Source of the DNA: an uncultured Alphaproteobacteria bacterium
GTDB lineage: Bacteria > Pseudomonadota > Alphaproteobacteria > Acetobacterales > Acetobacteraceae
Direction of reading: 5' to 3'
DNA: 64,000 nt
NCBI GenBank assembly: GCA_963759425.1
Contig: CAVWZM010000036.1
Location: 2,060-66,059, forward strand
Shown here: piece after piece, positions 34,277 to 45,111 of the stretch
Position numbering within the stretch: the first letter of the stretch is position 1
Layout of the letters: every line of letters begins with the position of its first letter
The notes under the pieces: model-generated
What the model was told of the DNA's origin: nothing
What the model saw: the letters and a program-made list of their open reading frames with translations, nothing else
Databases searched by the model: none
Position numbers and translations under genes: made by a program

Positions 34277-35053
34277 AGACACCGGCGGTTCCAGCGTGGA
34301 GATCGGGCATGAGCATGGTTGTTACGGACTGCGTCCTGCTGTTGCTTTTGCTCGCCCTATCGTCCTCGACGATATCGGCGTCGGAAGGCGGAAGATGGCG
34401 CGAGGCGACCTCTCGCCATGGGGTATGTCACGAACACTGGCAAAGCACCCGGCTTCCAGTGCGCCAGATGCCGGCGCTTCCCAGGCCGGGCAACGAGCCA
34501 CCCGCGGGCCCAGCGTCGAATTCCATGACGCTCCACTCGACGTGAACCTGATGACCAGCCGCGTGGGAAAACTGCGAGAAGGTCGCGGCAGGGGAAATTC
34601 ACCCGTCCGCGGCGCAACGGGGAGCACGACGCCGGTCGGGCCGAGCGCAGTCAGCGGCTCGCCGAGTTGTGCGATGTGTTCGCGGGCCTTGCTGGCTTTT
34701 GCTCTTTATATGATGGCTATACGAACGAATGTCGAAACCGCCGACAATATAATTTCGCCGCTGCATGGCTGGGCCTGAAATGGCACCGCGTCCAGGTTGC
34801 CCATGCATAGTCGCCGAAATCTTTTTGAGGCAACCCGGTCGCGTTAACCATTTCTCAACTTCCAGATGCCCTTACTTCGCTGGGAACAAACATGCCTTTG
34901 GGCGTAACTGCCCACCGACTCGTTACTGTCTAGCGATGGGTTAGCATGGCTCGACACCACTAAAGTCCGAACGCGTCAAGGCCTACGTTACTGGACGTAA
35001 TTCACGAAGTCTGTTGAGGGAGGGGGATTCAAACAAATCCCACCAAAAATCAG

Positions 35054-35498
35054 ATGAGAATTTTGCAAAGTCTATTCATCCCGCGGCGATACCACTATTT
35101 CTGGAAGCTGTTTCGCGCCGGCTCTTCTGCTCGTCGCCTTGGCGGGGTGCGCGTACAAACATCAGCCCATCTACAATGTCGCCGATCCAATCCCGCCGGT
35201 CGCGCAAACGTTGTCGCTCGAGCGCATCGAGGCCCTGATCGTCGAGGGTGGGACACGCGACGGCTGGACGTTTCGACATGTCGGACCCGGCCACCTCATT
35301 GCCACGCAACAGCAGCAGAAATATTCCGCGGTGGTCGATATATACTTCGACCATCTGGCGTGGCGAACCACCTACCAAAGCAGCACCGGCCTGCGGGCAG
35401 GGAATGGCACCATCCACGCACACTACAATCAGTGGATCCGCAATCTGGAACGCGACATCAACGCACGTCTGAGCGTGGCTCCTCCGGTCGCGAAATGA
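35054..35498 (+). CDS. Lipoprotein at the head of the aryl-polyene cluster (ApeA-like position), N-terminal frameshift
   Basis: LLLVALAG-C lipobox; PIYNV...GW...GPG...AVVDI...IHAHYNQWIRNLERDI. Confidence 0.7.
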
Positions 35499-35697
35499 GA
35501 ACTTCGCAGCGCCGCAACGGACAGAGGAACGACAGGATGGTCACGCGGCTGCCCATTAAGGCGCGGGCGGCTCGCCGTTCTTCCGCATGTTGAAATTTGC
35601 GCAGCGGCCAGCCGGACCCGAGTTCGCGGTCCTCGGGTCCGGGTCGGAGATGCAGTACAGGGAGCCTGCGTCGGCCGCGGACAGGCCGATAACCGAA

Positions 35698-36427
35698 ATG
35701 TATCTAGGCGTGAGGGCCTGGGCAGCCTGGGCCCCTGGCCGCGAGACCGAGGACTGGCACGCCTCGGATGAGGATGGCCAACTAGCTCATCGGTCAAATG
35801 CCGAGTTTGCTGGGATCACCCTGCCCGCGCTGCTGCGTCGCCGGGTCAGCATCCTCGGCCAGAACGCCTTACGCGCTGCCTGGAATTGGGAAGAGGCGGC
35901 GGTTGCCAGATTTGTGTTCGCCAGCCGGCACGGTGAATTTCAGCGCACACTCGCAATCCTCGACGGCTTGGCGCGAGGTGACGCCATGTCGCCAGCGGAA
36001 TTCACATTCTCGGTGTATCACACTCTGGCCGGCCTGTTGTCGATCGCGCGGAAAAATAGATGCGGCCACAGCACGATATCGGCGGGCCGAGAAAGTCTCC
36101 TCTGCGGCCTGCTGGAAGCTGCCGCCTGCCTTTCGGAGGAACCTGGCAAGCCGGTTGTGCTGATTTATTTCGATGAACCACTGCCCGGACCGTGACGGCC
36201 ATTTTGGGCAGCCTGGCGAGGAAACGACAGCGCTGGCGTTGATCCTGGAGCGAAACGGCGACGAACCGCTGATCCGGCTCTCGTTCGTCGACACGCCCGA
36301 CGGCGCGACCGTGGAGCCTCGGCCTACCCAGACATTCCTGACGTTTCTGCGCGGCTACGAGGATGAAGCGATCATTACCGGCGAGCGGCTAACGTGGCGG
36401 CTGGAGCGTGTCGATGCGCCGCTTTGA
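35698..36427 (+). CDS. Beta-ketoacyl synthase chain-length factor (ApeC-like), frameshift near 36190
   Basis: WAAWAPG, LRRRVS, VFASRHGE, SPAEFTFSVYH, YFDEPLP. Confidence 0.85.
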
Positions 36428-37176
36428 ATACTGCTGGCGGCTTGGGGCCACCGGAGTTGCCTTTGCCTTCGTCTTCTTCGGCGGCGGAGCGCTCGCCGTG
36501 ACCTTGCTGCCGGTGCTCGCCCTGCTGCCCGGTGATCGCCATGAGCGAGTCAGATGGATCATTCACACTACGTTCCGATTCTGCCTGAAGGCGCTTCGCC
36601 TGCTGGGGTTGGTTGAACTACAGATCGAAGGGACGAACCACCTGGACATATCAGTCGGCCGATTGATCATTGCCAACCATCCTACACTGCTGGATGTGAT
36701 GGTGCTGATGGCGTTGATCCCGCGCGTGCAATGCATCGTGAAACATCAGCTTTGGAAACATCGCCTGCTCGGGCCGCTGATGCGGCAGGCTGGATATATC
36801 AGTAACGATCTGGCGCCGGAGGAACTTGTGGGCAACTGCCGGGATGCGCTGCGCGCCGGCAACAGCCTGATCATTTTCCCTGAAGGGGACCCGCAGCCAA
36901 CCCGGCCGTCCGCTGCGTCTGCAGCGTGGATTTGCCCATCTCGCGTCAATGACCGGAGCGGAGATCCAGCCGATCTTCATCACCTGTGATCCCCCAACCC
37001 TCGTCAAGGGTGAGCCGTGGTGGCGCATCCCCCGTCGCCGCCCTCTGTTTCGAGTGGTGGTGGACGAATGTCTGGACACGCGCACCTTCGCGCGCTTCGG
37101 GCCCCGCTCGATCGTGGCACGAAAGCTGGAACACTACTTCCGCCAATACTATGACGAAAAGATCGCAGATGCCTGA
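36414..37176 (+). CDS. Lysophospholipid acyltransferase (ApeD-like), frameshift near 36890
   Basis: IANHPTLLD, IFPEG, PPTLVKGEPWW. Confidence 0.88.
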
Positions 37177-37432
37177 CATCGAACTCGAACTCAAGAACCT
37201 CATTATCGATGCCCTGCAACTGGAAAAAATCACAGTCGCGGACATCGACAGCGAGGAGGCCCTATTCGGCGACGGCCTCGGGCTGGATTCGATCGACGCC
37301 CTGGAACTGGGCATTGCGCTCCGTCAACGTTACGGCATCAAAGTCGCATCGGTCAACGATGAGGTGAGGGCGCATTTCGCCAATGTGCGTGCCTTGGCGC
37401 GGTTCGTCCGGGCGCAGCAGGAGGCTCGGTGA
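37169..37432 (+). CDS. Acyl carrier protein 1 (ApeE-like)
   Basis: LFGDGLGLDSIDALELG phosphopantetheine site. Confidence 0.92.
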   Translation: MPDIELELKNLIIDALQLEKITVADIDSEEALFGDGLGLDSIDALELGIALRQRYGIKVASVNDEVRAHFANVRALARFVRAQQEAR

Positions 37433-37568
37433 TGCTGACACGCCAGGATGTCCTCACCACATTGGCAGGCTATTTCGAGGAGTTGTTCGAGACGCCCCGC
37501 GACAAGGTCAACCCAGATGCTCGATTGTCGGAGGATCTCGACCTCGACAGCATCGATGCTGTTGATCT

Positions 37569-39099
37569 GTAATTGCTCACCCCACCCCGGCGAGAACCTC
37601 CACGGGTCGTTTGGCTGACAGCACGAACCGCACGGTTTCGAGTACCGAAGCGCGGTTGGCCTTGGCGGTGCTGACGACCGACCGGAAGGCTGCATAGGTT
37701 TCGGCGCCCCACTCGCAGCGGAATCCATTGGTCACCTTGCGAAATATCACGCTGGGGCGGAGATGGCGCTCGGAGATGTTGTTGGTATACGGAACGTCTC
37801 GGGTTTTCATGAACACGAACAGATGGCCTCGGTTGGCGAGAATGCGCTTACGCAGCTTGCGTCCTGGCTCCCCGATCGGGACGGCGGCCATGATCCGGTC
37901 GAGTCGGCGGTGGAGGTCGTAAAGATATTGCTTCAGGGTGGTGTCCTTCAGTGTCTCTCGCCGTCGTCCGATCGCGATGGCGCGCAACAGCAACCGCCGG
38001 AGCGGCGCGCTGAACGCGGTATCGCCGCATTCGATCGCGTATTTGGCGTCGCGTAACAGATGCGCCAGGCACACCTGCCACAGGCCGCCATGGCCACGCT
38101 GGCTGCCCAGCATGTCGGAGACCCAGACCTCGGGCCGGATCTCGCCGAACAGCGCCGTCACGACCGCCTTGCCGCGGCTGGGTTTGATCACATGCAGCAC
38201 GGCGATTGTGGCGACAAACACCCATTCCCACCAGTTCTTGCCCTTCACCCGTACCGATGTCTCATCGGAACAGATCACCGGACTGGCGAGCACCACCGTC
38301 TCGATCGCCGCCGCCGCGTCCAGCAATGGTTCACGCGCGCGGGCCAGAATATTGCTGATCGCGCCTTCGCTGATGGAAAGCGAGAACAGTTCGTCCAGCA
38401 AGGTCACCAGCCGTTCCATGCTGATGGCGTGGGCGTAATGCAGATATACCACCATGGCCGTGATGGACTGGCCGAACGGCGAGCCTTGCTCCAGCCCAGG
38501 TGGGGCTTCGGCGATCACGCGCTCGCCACAGCAGGCGCAACGGCCACCAAACAAGCGCACCTGGGTCACATCCGGTTTGACCGGCGGCAGTTCGATGCGT
38601 TCATACACCTGTTGTGGGGACTGCGACGCCTCGGGGAACGCGGCCTCGCACCGTGGGCAGGCCGCCAATCGAGCATCGATCACCCGGTCGGGGTTCGGAT
38701 GCAGCGTCCGGCCGACGCCTGGCCGGCTTTTACGCGGCGGGCGGGCATCGCCATCCACGCGATCTTGCTTTTGTCCCTGAGACGGAGGTTTGGATGAATT
38801 GTCTGGGGTTTTCGGCGGTCGGGTCAGTTCGTCGAGCCGCGCCTCCAAGGAAGCGATCCGCGCATCCTGCGCTGCGATCCTCTCATGGGCCGCGGATAGT
38901 TGCGCGAACAGCGTCAGGATCAGCGCGTCCTTCTCTTCGTGGCTGAGACGGGTAAGGTCAGGGGGCGGCGACACCCTCAGGTTAAAATTAACTCGGCCGT
39001 AACCGTGTCAAGAAAAATTCAAAGCCGATAAGCCGATCAGTCGCCGTCGGACCGGTGACAGAGCGAGGAAGCCGCTCCGACCCCGGGGTGAGCAATTAC
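37569..39099 (-). mobile_element. IS66-family element with a single ORF (ISBst12-like organisation), 1531 bp
   Basis: 15-bp perfect TIRs GTAATTGCTCACCCC / GGGGTGAGCAATTAC; 8-bp target duplication GTTGATCT (37561-37568 and 39100-39107). Confidence 0.95.
37577..38974 (-). CDS. IS66-family transposase (TnpC-type)
   Basis: NSSKPPS, CxxC pairs, SDET, QVCLAHLLR, TNNISERHLR. Confidence 0.93.
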   Translation of the reverse strand: MSPPPDLTRLSHEEKDALILTLFAQLSAAHERIAAQDARIASLEARLDELTRPPKTPDNSSKPPSQGQKQDRVDGDARPPRKSRPGVGRTLHPNPDRVIDARLAACPRCEAAFPEASQSPQQVYERIELPPVKPDVTQVRLFGGRCACCGERVIAEAPPGLEQGSPFGQSITAMVVYLHYAHAISMERLVTLLDELFSLSISEGAISNILARAREPLLDAAAAIETVVLASPVICSDETSVRVKGKNWWEWVFVATIAVLHVIKPSRGKAVVTALFGEIRPEVWVSDMLGSQRGHGGLWQVCLAHLLRDAKYAIECGDTAFSAPLRRLLLRAIAIGRRRETLKDTTLKQYLYDLHRRLDRIMAAVPIGEPGRKLRKRILANRGHLFVFMKTRDVPYTNNISERHLRPSVIFRKVTNGFRCEWGAETYAAFRSVVSTAKANRASVLETVRFVLSAKRPVEVLAGVG

Positions 39100-39217
39100 G
39101 TTGATCTTGTAGTGAAGCTGCAGGATCTTACCGGTCGGCGTATCAAGCCCGAAGAATACAAGAACGTCCGCACAGTCGGCGACATCGTCGACTGCATCCA
39201 GAGCGTGCTGGCGGAAG

Positions 39218-39793
39218 ATGCGGCCGCCGGCGGATAGACGCTGGATGGTCATGGCGAGCGCCGGCGGCCTCGCCTATCCATTCCTGGTCTACTTCAGCGC
39301 GAGCACGTTGCCGCCGTGGGCGCTGGTGCTGTGTGGCTTGGGGCTCCTCGGCGCACGTACACCGGCCCTGCGTGGACTGGTCGGAGGATGCGCCGTGATC
39401 GCTGTCCTTCTCGCCTGTGTTGGGCTTGCAATGCTGCTGGTGTGGTCACCACTGCTCGCAGTTCGGGCTTACCCCGTCGCGCTCAGCCTGACCGTCGCGC
39501 TCATATTCGCCCAGTCACTGCGTTTCCCCCCGACCGTGATCGAGCGCCTCGCCCGCCTCACACAGCCCGCGTTGTCGCCGACGGGCGTCAACTATACACG
39601 CAAGGTGACGTGGCTGTGGGTCGGCTTCCTGCTCGCAAACACCGTGATCTCTGGTGCTACGGCGGTGTGGGGTTCGCTCAATGCGTGGACGTTGTGGAAC
39701 GGATTGTTGTTCTACCTGGCCATGGGCGCGCTGGTCATTGGCGAATTGATCGTGCGCAGGATTTACCGCAGTCACGATCTGGTGCTCCCTTGA
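39218..39793 (+). CDS. Membrane protein (ApeG/COG4648-like)
   Basis: YPFLVY, YPV...FAQSL...IERLARL...YTRKVT..W, WTLWNGLLFY. Confidence 0.8.
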   Translation: MRPPADRRWMVMASAGGLAYPFLVYFSASTLPPWALVLCGLGLLGARTPALRGLVGGCAVIAVLLACVGLAMLLVWSPLLAVRAYPVALSLTVALIFAQSLRFPPTVIERLARLTQPALSPTGVNYTRKVTWLWVGFLLANTVISGATAVWGSLNAWTLWNGLLFYLAMGALVIGELIVRRIYRSHDLVLP

Positions 39794-41109
39794 GCTGGCG
39801 CATCCTCTCGCGTTTGTTTCTAGACGGGCGGGCGGACGATCGTCCGGTCTCATTCCGCGACGGTCGTGCGATTGCGTTCGCCCACCTGCGAGACGAGGTT
39901 GGCGTCGCTGCCGCCTCACTCACCGGCTGTCGCCGGGCGGCCCTGCTATGCCGTGACACCCATTCCTTCGCGGTGGGTTTTTTCGCCCTGCTTCATGCCG
40001 GCGCCGAGGTGGTGCTCCCTCCATGGGGTCAGCACTCCGCAATCTCGGACCTGGCAGGGGCGTTCGATCTTGTGGTCGACGATGCCCTGCTGGCGCGGGC
40101 GCACGGTGACCCGTTGACTCTCGGCGCATTTGACCCCGAGACGGCATCGATCGCGTGCTTCACCTCGGGTTCATCAGGCTCTCCAAAGAGAGTGGTGCGA
40201 ACCTTGGGAATGCTGGAGCGAGAGGTGGCCACGCTGGAGTTGGTCCATGGGTCGGCGGCAGGGAGCGGACCCGTGCTGGCCACGGTGTCGCATCAGCACG
40301 TTTATGGGCTGACCTTCAAGCTGTTGTGGCCATTGGCAGCCGGCCGCCCGTTCGATGCCACGGTTCATGAGGTGTGGGAGACGCTGGTTGCCGCCCTGCG
40401 GCCGGGCGGTGCAATCATCTCGAGTCCGGCCCATCTCGGCCGCCTGGCCGGTTTGGCACCGCTTCCCGTCACAGGCCAGCCGGCAGCGGTCTTCAGCGCC
40501 GGGGCGCCGCTTTCGCCTGTCGCCGCGGCTGATTTACGGCGCGTTCTCGGCTGTCTGCCAATCGAAATCTTCGGCAGCACGGAGACCGGCGCGGTCGCCA
40601 CCCGTCGCCAGGAGCAGGGCGACGAGCCTTGGACGCTGCTCCCCGGCAACGCCCAACGGACAGATCCCTCTGGCTGCCTCCTGGTCTCATCGCCCTACGT
40701 CGGCGGATGGACGCGGACGGAGGACATTGTAGAGCCAGAGCCGGGGGGATTTCGCTTTCTCGGACGAGGGGATCGCGTTGTGAAGATCGAAGGCAAGCGG
40801 GTGGGTTGCGCGGAAGTCGAAACCGCACTTGCGGCGCTGCGCTGGGTAGAGGCGGCGACCGCGGTCGTGCTCCGAGGCGATCCCCCAAGGCTGGCAGCCG
40901 CGGCGGTGCTGACCGCTGAAGGTCGAGAGGAGCTGGCGGCGATGGGGCACTTCCGCTTCAGCCGCCTGTTGCTTCGGGCAATGGGCGCTACACACGAGCC
41001 CGCCGCCATTCCCCGACGGTTGCGCTTTATCAACGCGCTGCCTGCTCGGCCGATGGGGAAGTGCCACGACGCCGCGGTGTGCGCGCTGTTCGACCAGCCG
41101 CCGACATGA
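39790..41109 (+). CDS. AMP-binding acyl-ACP/CoA synthetase (ApeH-like), TTG start overlapping the upstream stop
   Basis: FTSGSSGSPK, TVSHQHVYGL, EIFGSTETG, GRGDRVVKIEGKR. Confidence 0.88.
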   Translation: MSWRILSRLFLDGRADDRPVSFRDGRAIAFAHLRDEVGVAAASLTGCRRAALLCRDTHSFAVGFFALLHAGAEVVLPPWGQHSAISDLAGAFDLVVDDALLARAHGDPLTLGAFDPETASIACFTSGSSGSPKRVVRTLGMLEREVATLELVHGSAAGSGPVLATVSHQHVYGLTFKLLWPLAAGRPFDATVHEVWETLVAALRPGGAIISSPAHLGRLAGLAPLPVTGQPAAVFSAGAPLSPVAAADLRRVLGCLPIEIFGSTETGAVATRRQEQGDEPWTLLPGNAQRTDPSGCLLVSSPYVGGWTRTEDIVEPEPGGFRFLGRGDRVVKIEGKRVGCAEVETALAALRWVEAATAVVLRGDPPRLAAAAVLTAEGREELAAMGHFRFSRLLLRAMGATHEPAAIPRRLRFINALPARPMGKCHDAAVCALFDQPPT

Positions 41110-41455
41110 CGCCGCCCGAAATCCTTGAAGTTGAACGTCCCAACAGCGAAACCGTGATGCTGTCACTGGGAGTGCCGATAGGACATCCCGCCTTCGACGG
41201 ACATTTCGTGCTGGAACCGATTTGCCGGGCGTGGTGCAGATCGACTGGGTGACGCGGCTGGCCGCATATCATTTTGAGATAGAAAGGTTTGCCGCCACCG
41301 ATTTCCAGGTGAAATTCCGCAGTATCATCCGGCCCGGCCCGGATCTGCGGCTGACCCTCCGACTTGACCGAATGAGCGGATCATTGTCGTTTGAGTATCA
41401 CAGCATGGGCGTGGCAGCGTCGTCCGGCAGGATCAGGCTGGGTCTGTCGCCATGA
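41106..41455 (+). CDS. Hot-dog dehydratase (ApeI-like), frameshift near 41210
   Basis: HPAFDGHF...LPGVVQIDW...VKF..IIRPG. Confidence 0.85.
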
Positions 41456-43092
41456 GGCCCTGTGCCATCGTTCCTTCATACAATCACTGGGAGGCTATCG
41501 GCACCGTGACCGCGCGCCTGCGGGGGCTGGGCCTCGTCGTGTTCGTCATCGATGACGGCAGCGCCGAGCCAGCGGCTTCGGCAATCGCGGCGCTCAGTGA
41601 GGCGGGGGGCGGCGTGGTCGTGCACCGCCTGCCCGAGAACCAGGGCAAGGGTGCGGCTGTCGTCGCCGGCTTCCGCCTCGCCCTTGACGCGGGCTTCACC
41701 CACGCCGTTCAGGTGGATGCGGACGGCCAGCACGATCTGGATGCCTTGCCCGCTCTGCTGACGCTGGCACGCGCTCATCCCCTGGCTCTGGTCACCGGCC
41801 AGCCGGTCCACGACGCCTCGATCTCGTTCGGCCGCAAGGCGGGCCGGTGGGTCACTCACTTCTGTGTCTGGATCGAGACGCTCAGTCTGCGGATCACCGA
41901 CAGCATGTGCGGCTTCAGGGTCTACCCACTGGCCGCGGTGAGCAATTTGTTGGCGAGCGAGGCCCTGGGCTCACACATGGCATTCGATCCCGAGATCATG
42001 GTGCGTCTGTTCTGGCGCGGCACCGAGGTGATAGGCCTCCCGGTCCGTGTCACCTATCCGCCGGAAAACACCTCCAATTTCGACCTTTGGCATGACAATC
42101 TTCGCATCAGCCGAATGCATGCGAGGTTGCTCGGCGGCATGCTGGCGCGCCTGCCCGGGCGGTTGTTCATGCGCTTATCCCCGGCGAATCGGCCACCGCG
42201 CCATTGGGCGAGCCTCGGTGAGCGTGGCGCCCTTCTGGGGCTGCGGCTCTGCGCCCTATCCTATCGAGTTCTTGGTCGCCGCGGCTGCCTTGCGATGCTG
42301 GCACCCGTGGTCTTGTGGTTTTTCATCACGGGGCGGGAACAACGTGTCGCCTCGCGGGTGTTTCTCGGCCGTGTGTTCCAGCGCCCCGCCACGCTGGCCG
42401 AGGGCTATCGACATTTCTTCACCTTCGCGGCCAGAGCGCTTGACACCGTCATCGCCTGGGACGGTGGAATTCCTCGTGCGGCGGTTACAGCGAGCGACGC
42501 AGGGGCTCTGACGGACGCTGTCGCCGACCAGCGAGGAGCCGTGGTGATCGTCGCACACCTCGGCAATGTGGACCTGGCCCGGGCGCTGCTTGACGAGACC
42601 ACGCGGAACCGGCTCGCCGTGCTGGTGCATACGCGCCATGCCGCCAATTACAACCGCGTTCTGCGGCGGTTCTCCCCTGATGCGGCTTTGAACCTGATCG
42701 AGGTCGGAGAGATCGGCGCGGGCACCGCCATCGATTTGCGGGAACTGGTGGAGCGCGGCGGCTGGGTGGTCATCGCCGGCGATCGAACGCCGGTTGTCAA
42801 TACCGGGCGGGTGATCAGGGTGCCATTCCTGGGCGCTGACGCCGCATTCGCCCCTGGGCCTTGGATCCTGGCTGCCCTGCTCGGGTGCCCGGTGCGGCTT
42901 CTGTTTTGCCTCAAGCACGGCGATGGCTGGTGTCTCACACTGGAGCCCTTCGCAGAGCGGATCGTCCTGCCGCGGCGTGATCGTGGCGCGGCGCTGCAGG
43001 CCTACGCCTCCCGATATGCCGCCAGGCTGGAGGCATATGCGCGCGTGGCGCCGTTTCAGTGGAACAATTTCTTCGATTTCTGGTCATATTGA
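41452..43092 (+). CDS. GT2 glycosyltransferase / lipid acyltransferase fusion (ApeJ-like)
   Basis: IDDGS, NQGKG, QVDADGQH, DSMCGFRVYPL; AHLGN, AGDRTP, PFQWNNFFDFW. Confidence 0.9.
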   Translation: MRPCAIVPSYNHWEAIGTVTARLRGLGLVVFVIDDGSAEPAASAIAALSEAGGGVVVHRLPENQGKGAAVVAGFRLALDAGFTHAVQVDADGQHDLDALPALLTLARAHPLALVTGQPVHDASISFGRKAGRWVTHFCVWIETLSLRITDSMCGFRVYPLAAVSNLLASEALGSHMAFDPEIMVRLFWRGTEVIGLPVRVTYPPENTSNFDLWHDNLRISRMHARLLGGMLARLPGRLFMRLSPANRPPRHWASLGERGALLGLRLCALSYRVLGRRGCLAMLAPVVLWFFITGREQRVASRVFLGRVFQRPATLAEGYRHFFTFAARALDTVIAWDGGIPRAAVTASDAGALTDAVADQRGAVVIVAHLGNVDLARALLDETTRNRLAVLVHTRHAANYNRVLRRFSPDAALNLIEVGEIGAGTAIDLRELVERGGWVVIAGDRTPVVNTGRVIRVPFLGADAAFAPGPWILAALLGCPVRLLFCLKHGDGWCLTLEPFAERIVLPRRDRGAALQAYASRYAARLEAYARVAPFQWNNFFDFWSY

Positions 43093-43093
43093 G

Positions 43094-43508
43094 ATGGTTA
43101 TGATATCGGCGGAGGTCTTGATTTCAGGCGCAGTTTTACGATCTCGACCCAATGCAGATCGTCTGGCACGGCAACTACGCCCGCTACCTGGAACAGGCTC
43201 GCTGTGCCCTGCTTGACCGGATCGGCTACAACTATTCGATGATGGAACGATCGGGTTTCGCCTGGCCTATCGTCGATATGCGTACCAAGTTCGTGCGCCC
43301 GATCCGCCTGCGCCAGGAGGTCGTGGTTACCGCCACGCTGGCCGAGTTCGAGCATCGGCTGAAGATAGACTACCGGATATGCGATCGCGCTTCGGGCGAA
43401 GTGTTGACCAAGGCCACCACCATCCAGATTGCCGTGCGCTTCGACAATGGCGAGACCCAGTTGGTAAGTCCGTCGGCGCTGACCGACAAACTGCGTGACC
43501 TGGTATGA
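43094..43508 (+). CDS. Acyl-CoA thioesterase, 4HBT family (ApeK-like), frameshift near 43125
   Basis: FYDLDPMQIVWHGNYARYLE, WPIVD. Confidence 0.88.
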
Positions 43509-43776
43509 AACGCCGCTGTCCCCCAACTTTGCCGAGCCGGCCGCCGCGGGTGAATGCCGCCCGCTGGTCGATGCGTCGGTATGCGTCGTGGACGGCGTGG
43601 CGCGCTGCGTTTCGCGAACGTCGGTTGATGAATTTCGCCATGCCGCTGTCGGGGGCGACGCAGTGACCCAGGTCTCTTACGGAAGTGACGGCGCGTCGAA
43701 CGGGGGCTTGACCTATTACCGTTTCGGCCGGGCCTACGAGCTCACGGTGGCTCCGGTGTCGACGGCGGCGCGATGA
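43505..43776 (+). pseudogene. Short remnant in the place of apeL/M/N, possibly a DUF3261 C-terminal fragment
   Basis: Only about 270 bp between thioesterase and KS; tail VTQVSY...LTYYRFGRAYELTV ends in an ATGA overlap with the KS. Confidence 0.4.
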
Positions 43777-44049
43777 TGAAGCTCTATCTCAACGATTGCG
43801 GCATCATCTGTCCGCTCGGGCGTGACAAGGCTTCGGTGGCGCGGGGCCTCGCGGCTGGCAAACCACGTTTCGTCGAGCGCACCATGCTGGTCCCGGATTA
43901 CACGGTTAACGTGGGCGCGGTGATCGGTGATCTGCCGCCACCCCCGGCTGAGGCCGCGGACCTGGACTGTCGCAACAACCGGATGATGCTGCTGACGCTT
44001 GCATCCGATTTTGGATTTCGCCGGAGACTCGCGCGTGCGAATCTGGGGG

Positions 44050-45111
44050 ATGCGCAGAGCCATCAAGATTGACCTGACCGAAGCCGACCGTCGGTCCCTG
44101 ACCGCCATCGTGACGAACCGGAACAGTCCGCAAAAACATGTTTGGCGGGCCCACATCGTGCTTCTGACTGCCGATGGCTGCGGCACCATGGAACTGATTC
44201 GCTGCACCGGCACCAGCAAGACCTCTGTTCGGCGCTGGCAGGATCGCTTTCTCGCCGAAGGCCTGCCAAGTCTGCTGCGCGACAAGACCCGCCCGTCACG
44301 TATTCCACCCCTTGGCGCGGCAGTGGAGGCCCGCGTGGTCGCTGCCACGCAAACCGCCACCGCTGGAGAGACGACACACTGGACCTCGGAGGCGATGGCC
44401 AGGCACATCGGCATCAGCGTCAGCTCGGTGCAGCGGATCTGGCGCAAGCACGGCCTGCAACCGCACAAGGTCAGCGTGTTCAAGCTATCCAACGATCCGC
44501 TGTTTGCCGAAAAGCTGGTCGATATCGTTGGGCTTTATGTCAATCCGCCTGAGCATGCCGTTGTCCTGTCGATCGATGAAAAGAGCCAGATCCAGGCACT
44601 GGATCGGACCCAGCCTGGCCTTCCCATGAAGAACGGGCGATGCGGCACGATGACGCACGACTATAAGCGCAATGGCACGACCACGCTGTTCGCGGCTCTC
44701 AATGTGCTGGATGGCTCGGTCATCGGACGCTGCATGCAGCGTCACCGCCATGAAGAGTTTATTCGCTTTCTCCACGTGACCGAGGCTGCTGTCGCGAAGG
44801 GTCAAGCCATTCACGCCATCGTCGACAACTACGCCACCCACAAGCACCCGAAGGTCCGGGAGTGGCTAACCCGCCATCCACGCTGGACCTTCCACTTCAC
44901 GCCGACATCGGCGTCGTGGCTAAACGCCGTCGAAGGGTATTTCGCCAAGCTCACCAAGCGTCGGCTGAAAAGAGGCGCATTCCGTTCCGTCGTCGAACTT
45001 CAGGCGGCCATCAAGCGCTTCCTCGCAGAGACCAACGCCGATCCAAGACCCTTCCGATGGACAAAGGATCCCGCAAAGATCATCGCCGCCGTGAAAAGAG
45101 GGCGATCTTGA
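44050..45111 (+). mobile_element. IS630-family transposase, 3' end fused to the IS1380 copy
   Basis: DDE motifs SIDEKSQIQ, VDNYATHKHP, SWLNAVEGYF; THDYKRNGTTTLFAAL. Confidence 0.92.

Larger units (their letters stand above)
37432..39237 (+). pseudogene. Acyl carrier protein 2 (ApeF-like) interrupted by IS66
   Basis: MLTRQDV...DLDLDSIDAVDL (37432-37568) continues as VVKLQDLTGRRIKPEEYKNVRTVGDIV after 39107. Confidence 0.92.

Noticed and set aside
39055-39237. 60-aa ORF starting inside IS66 as a rescued ACP
   Set aside because: It lacks the phosphopantetheine serine, which lies on the other side of the insertion.
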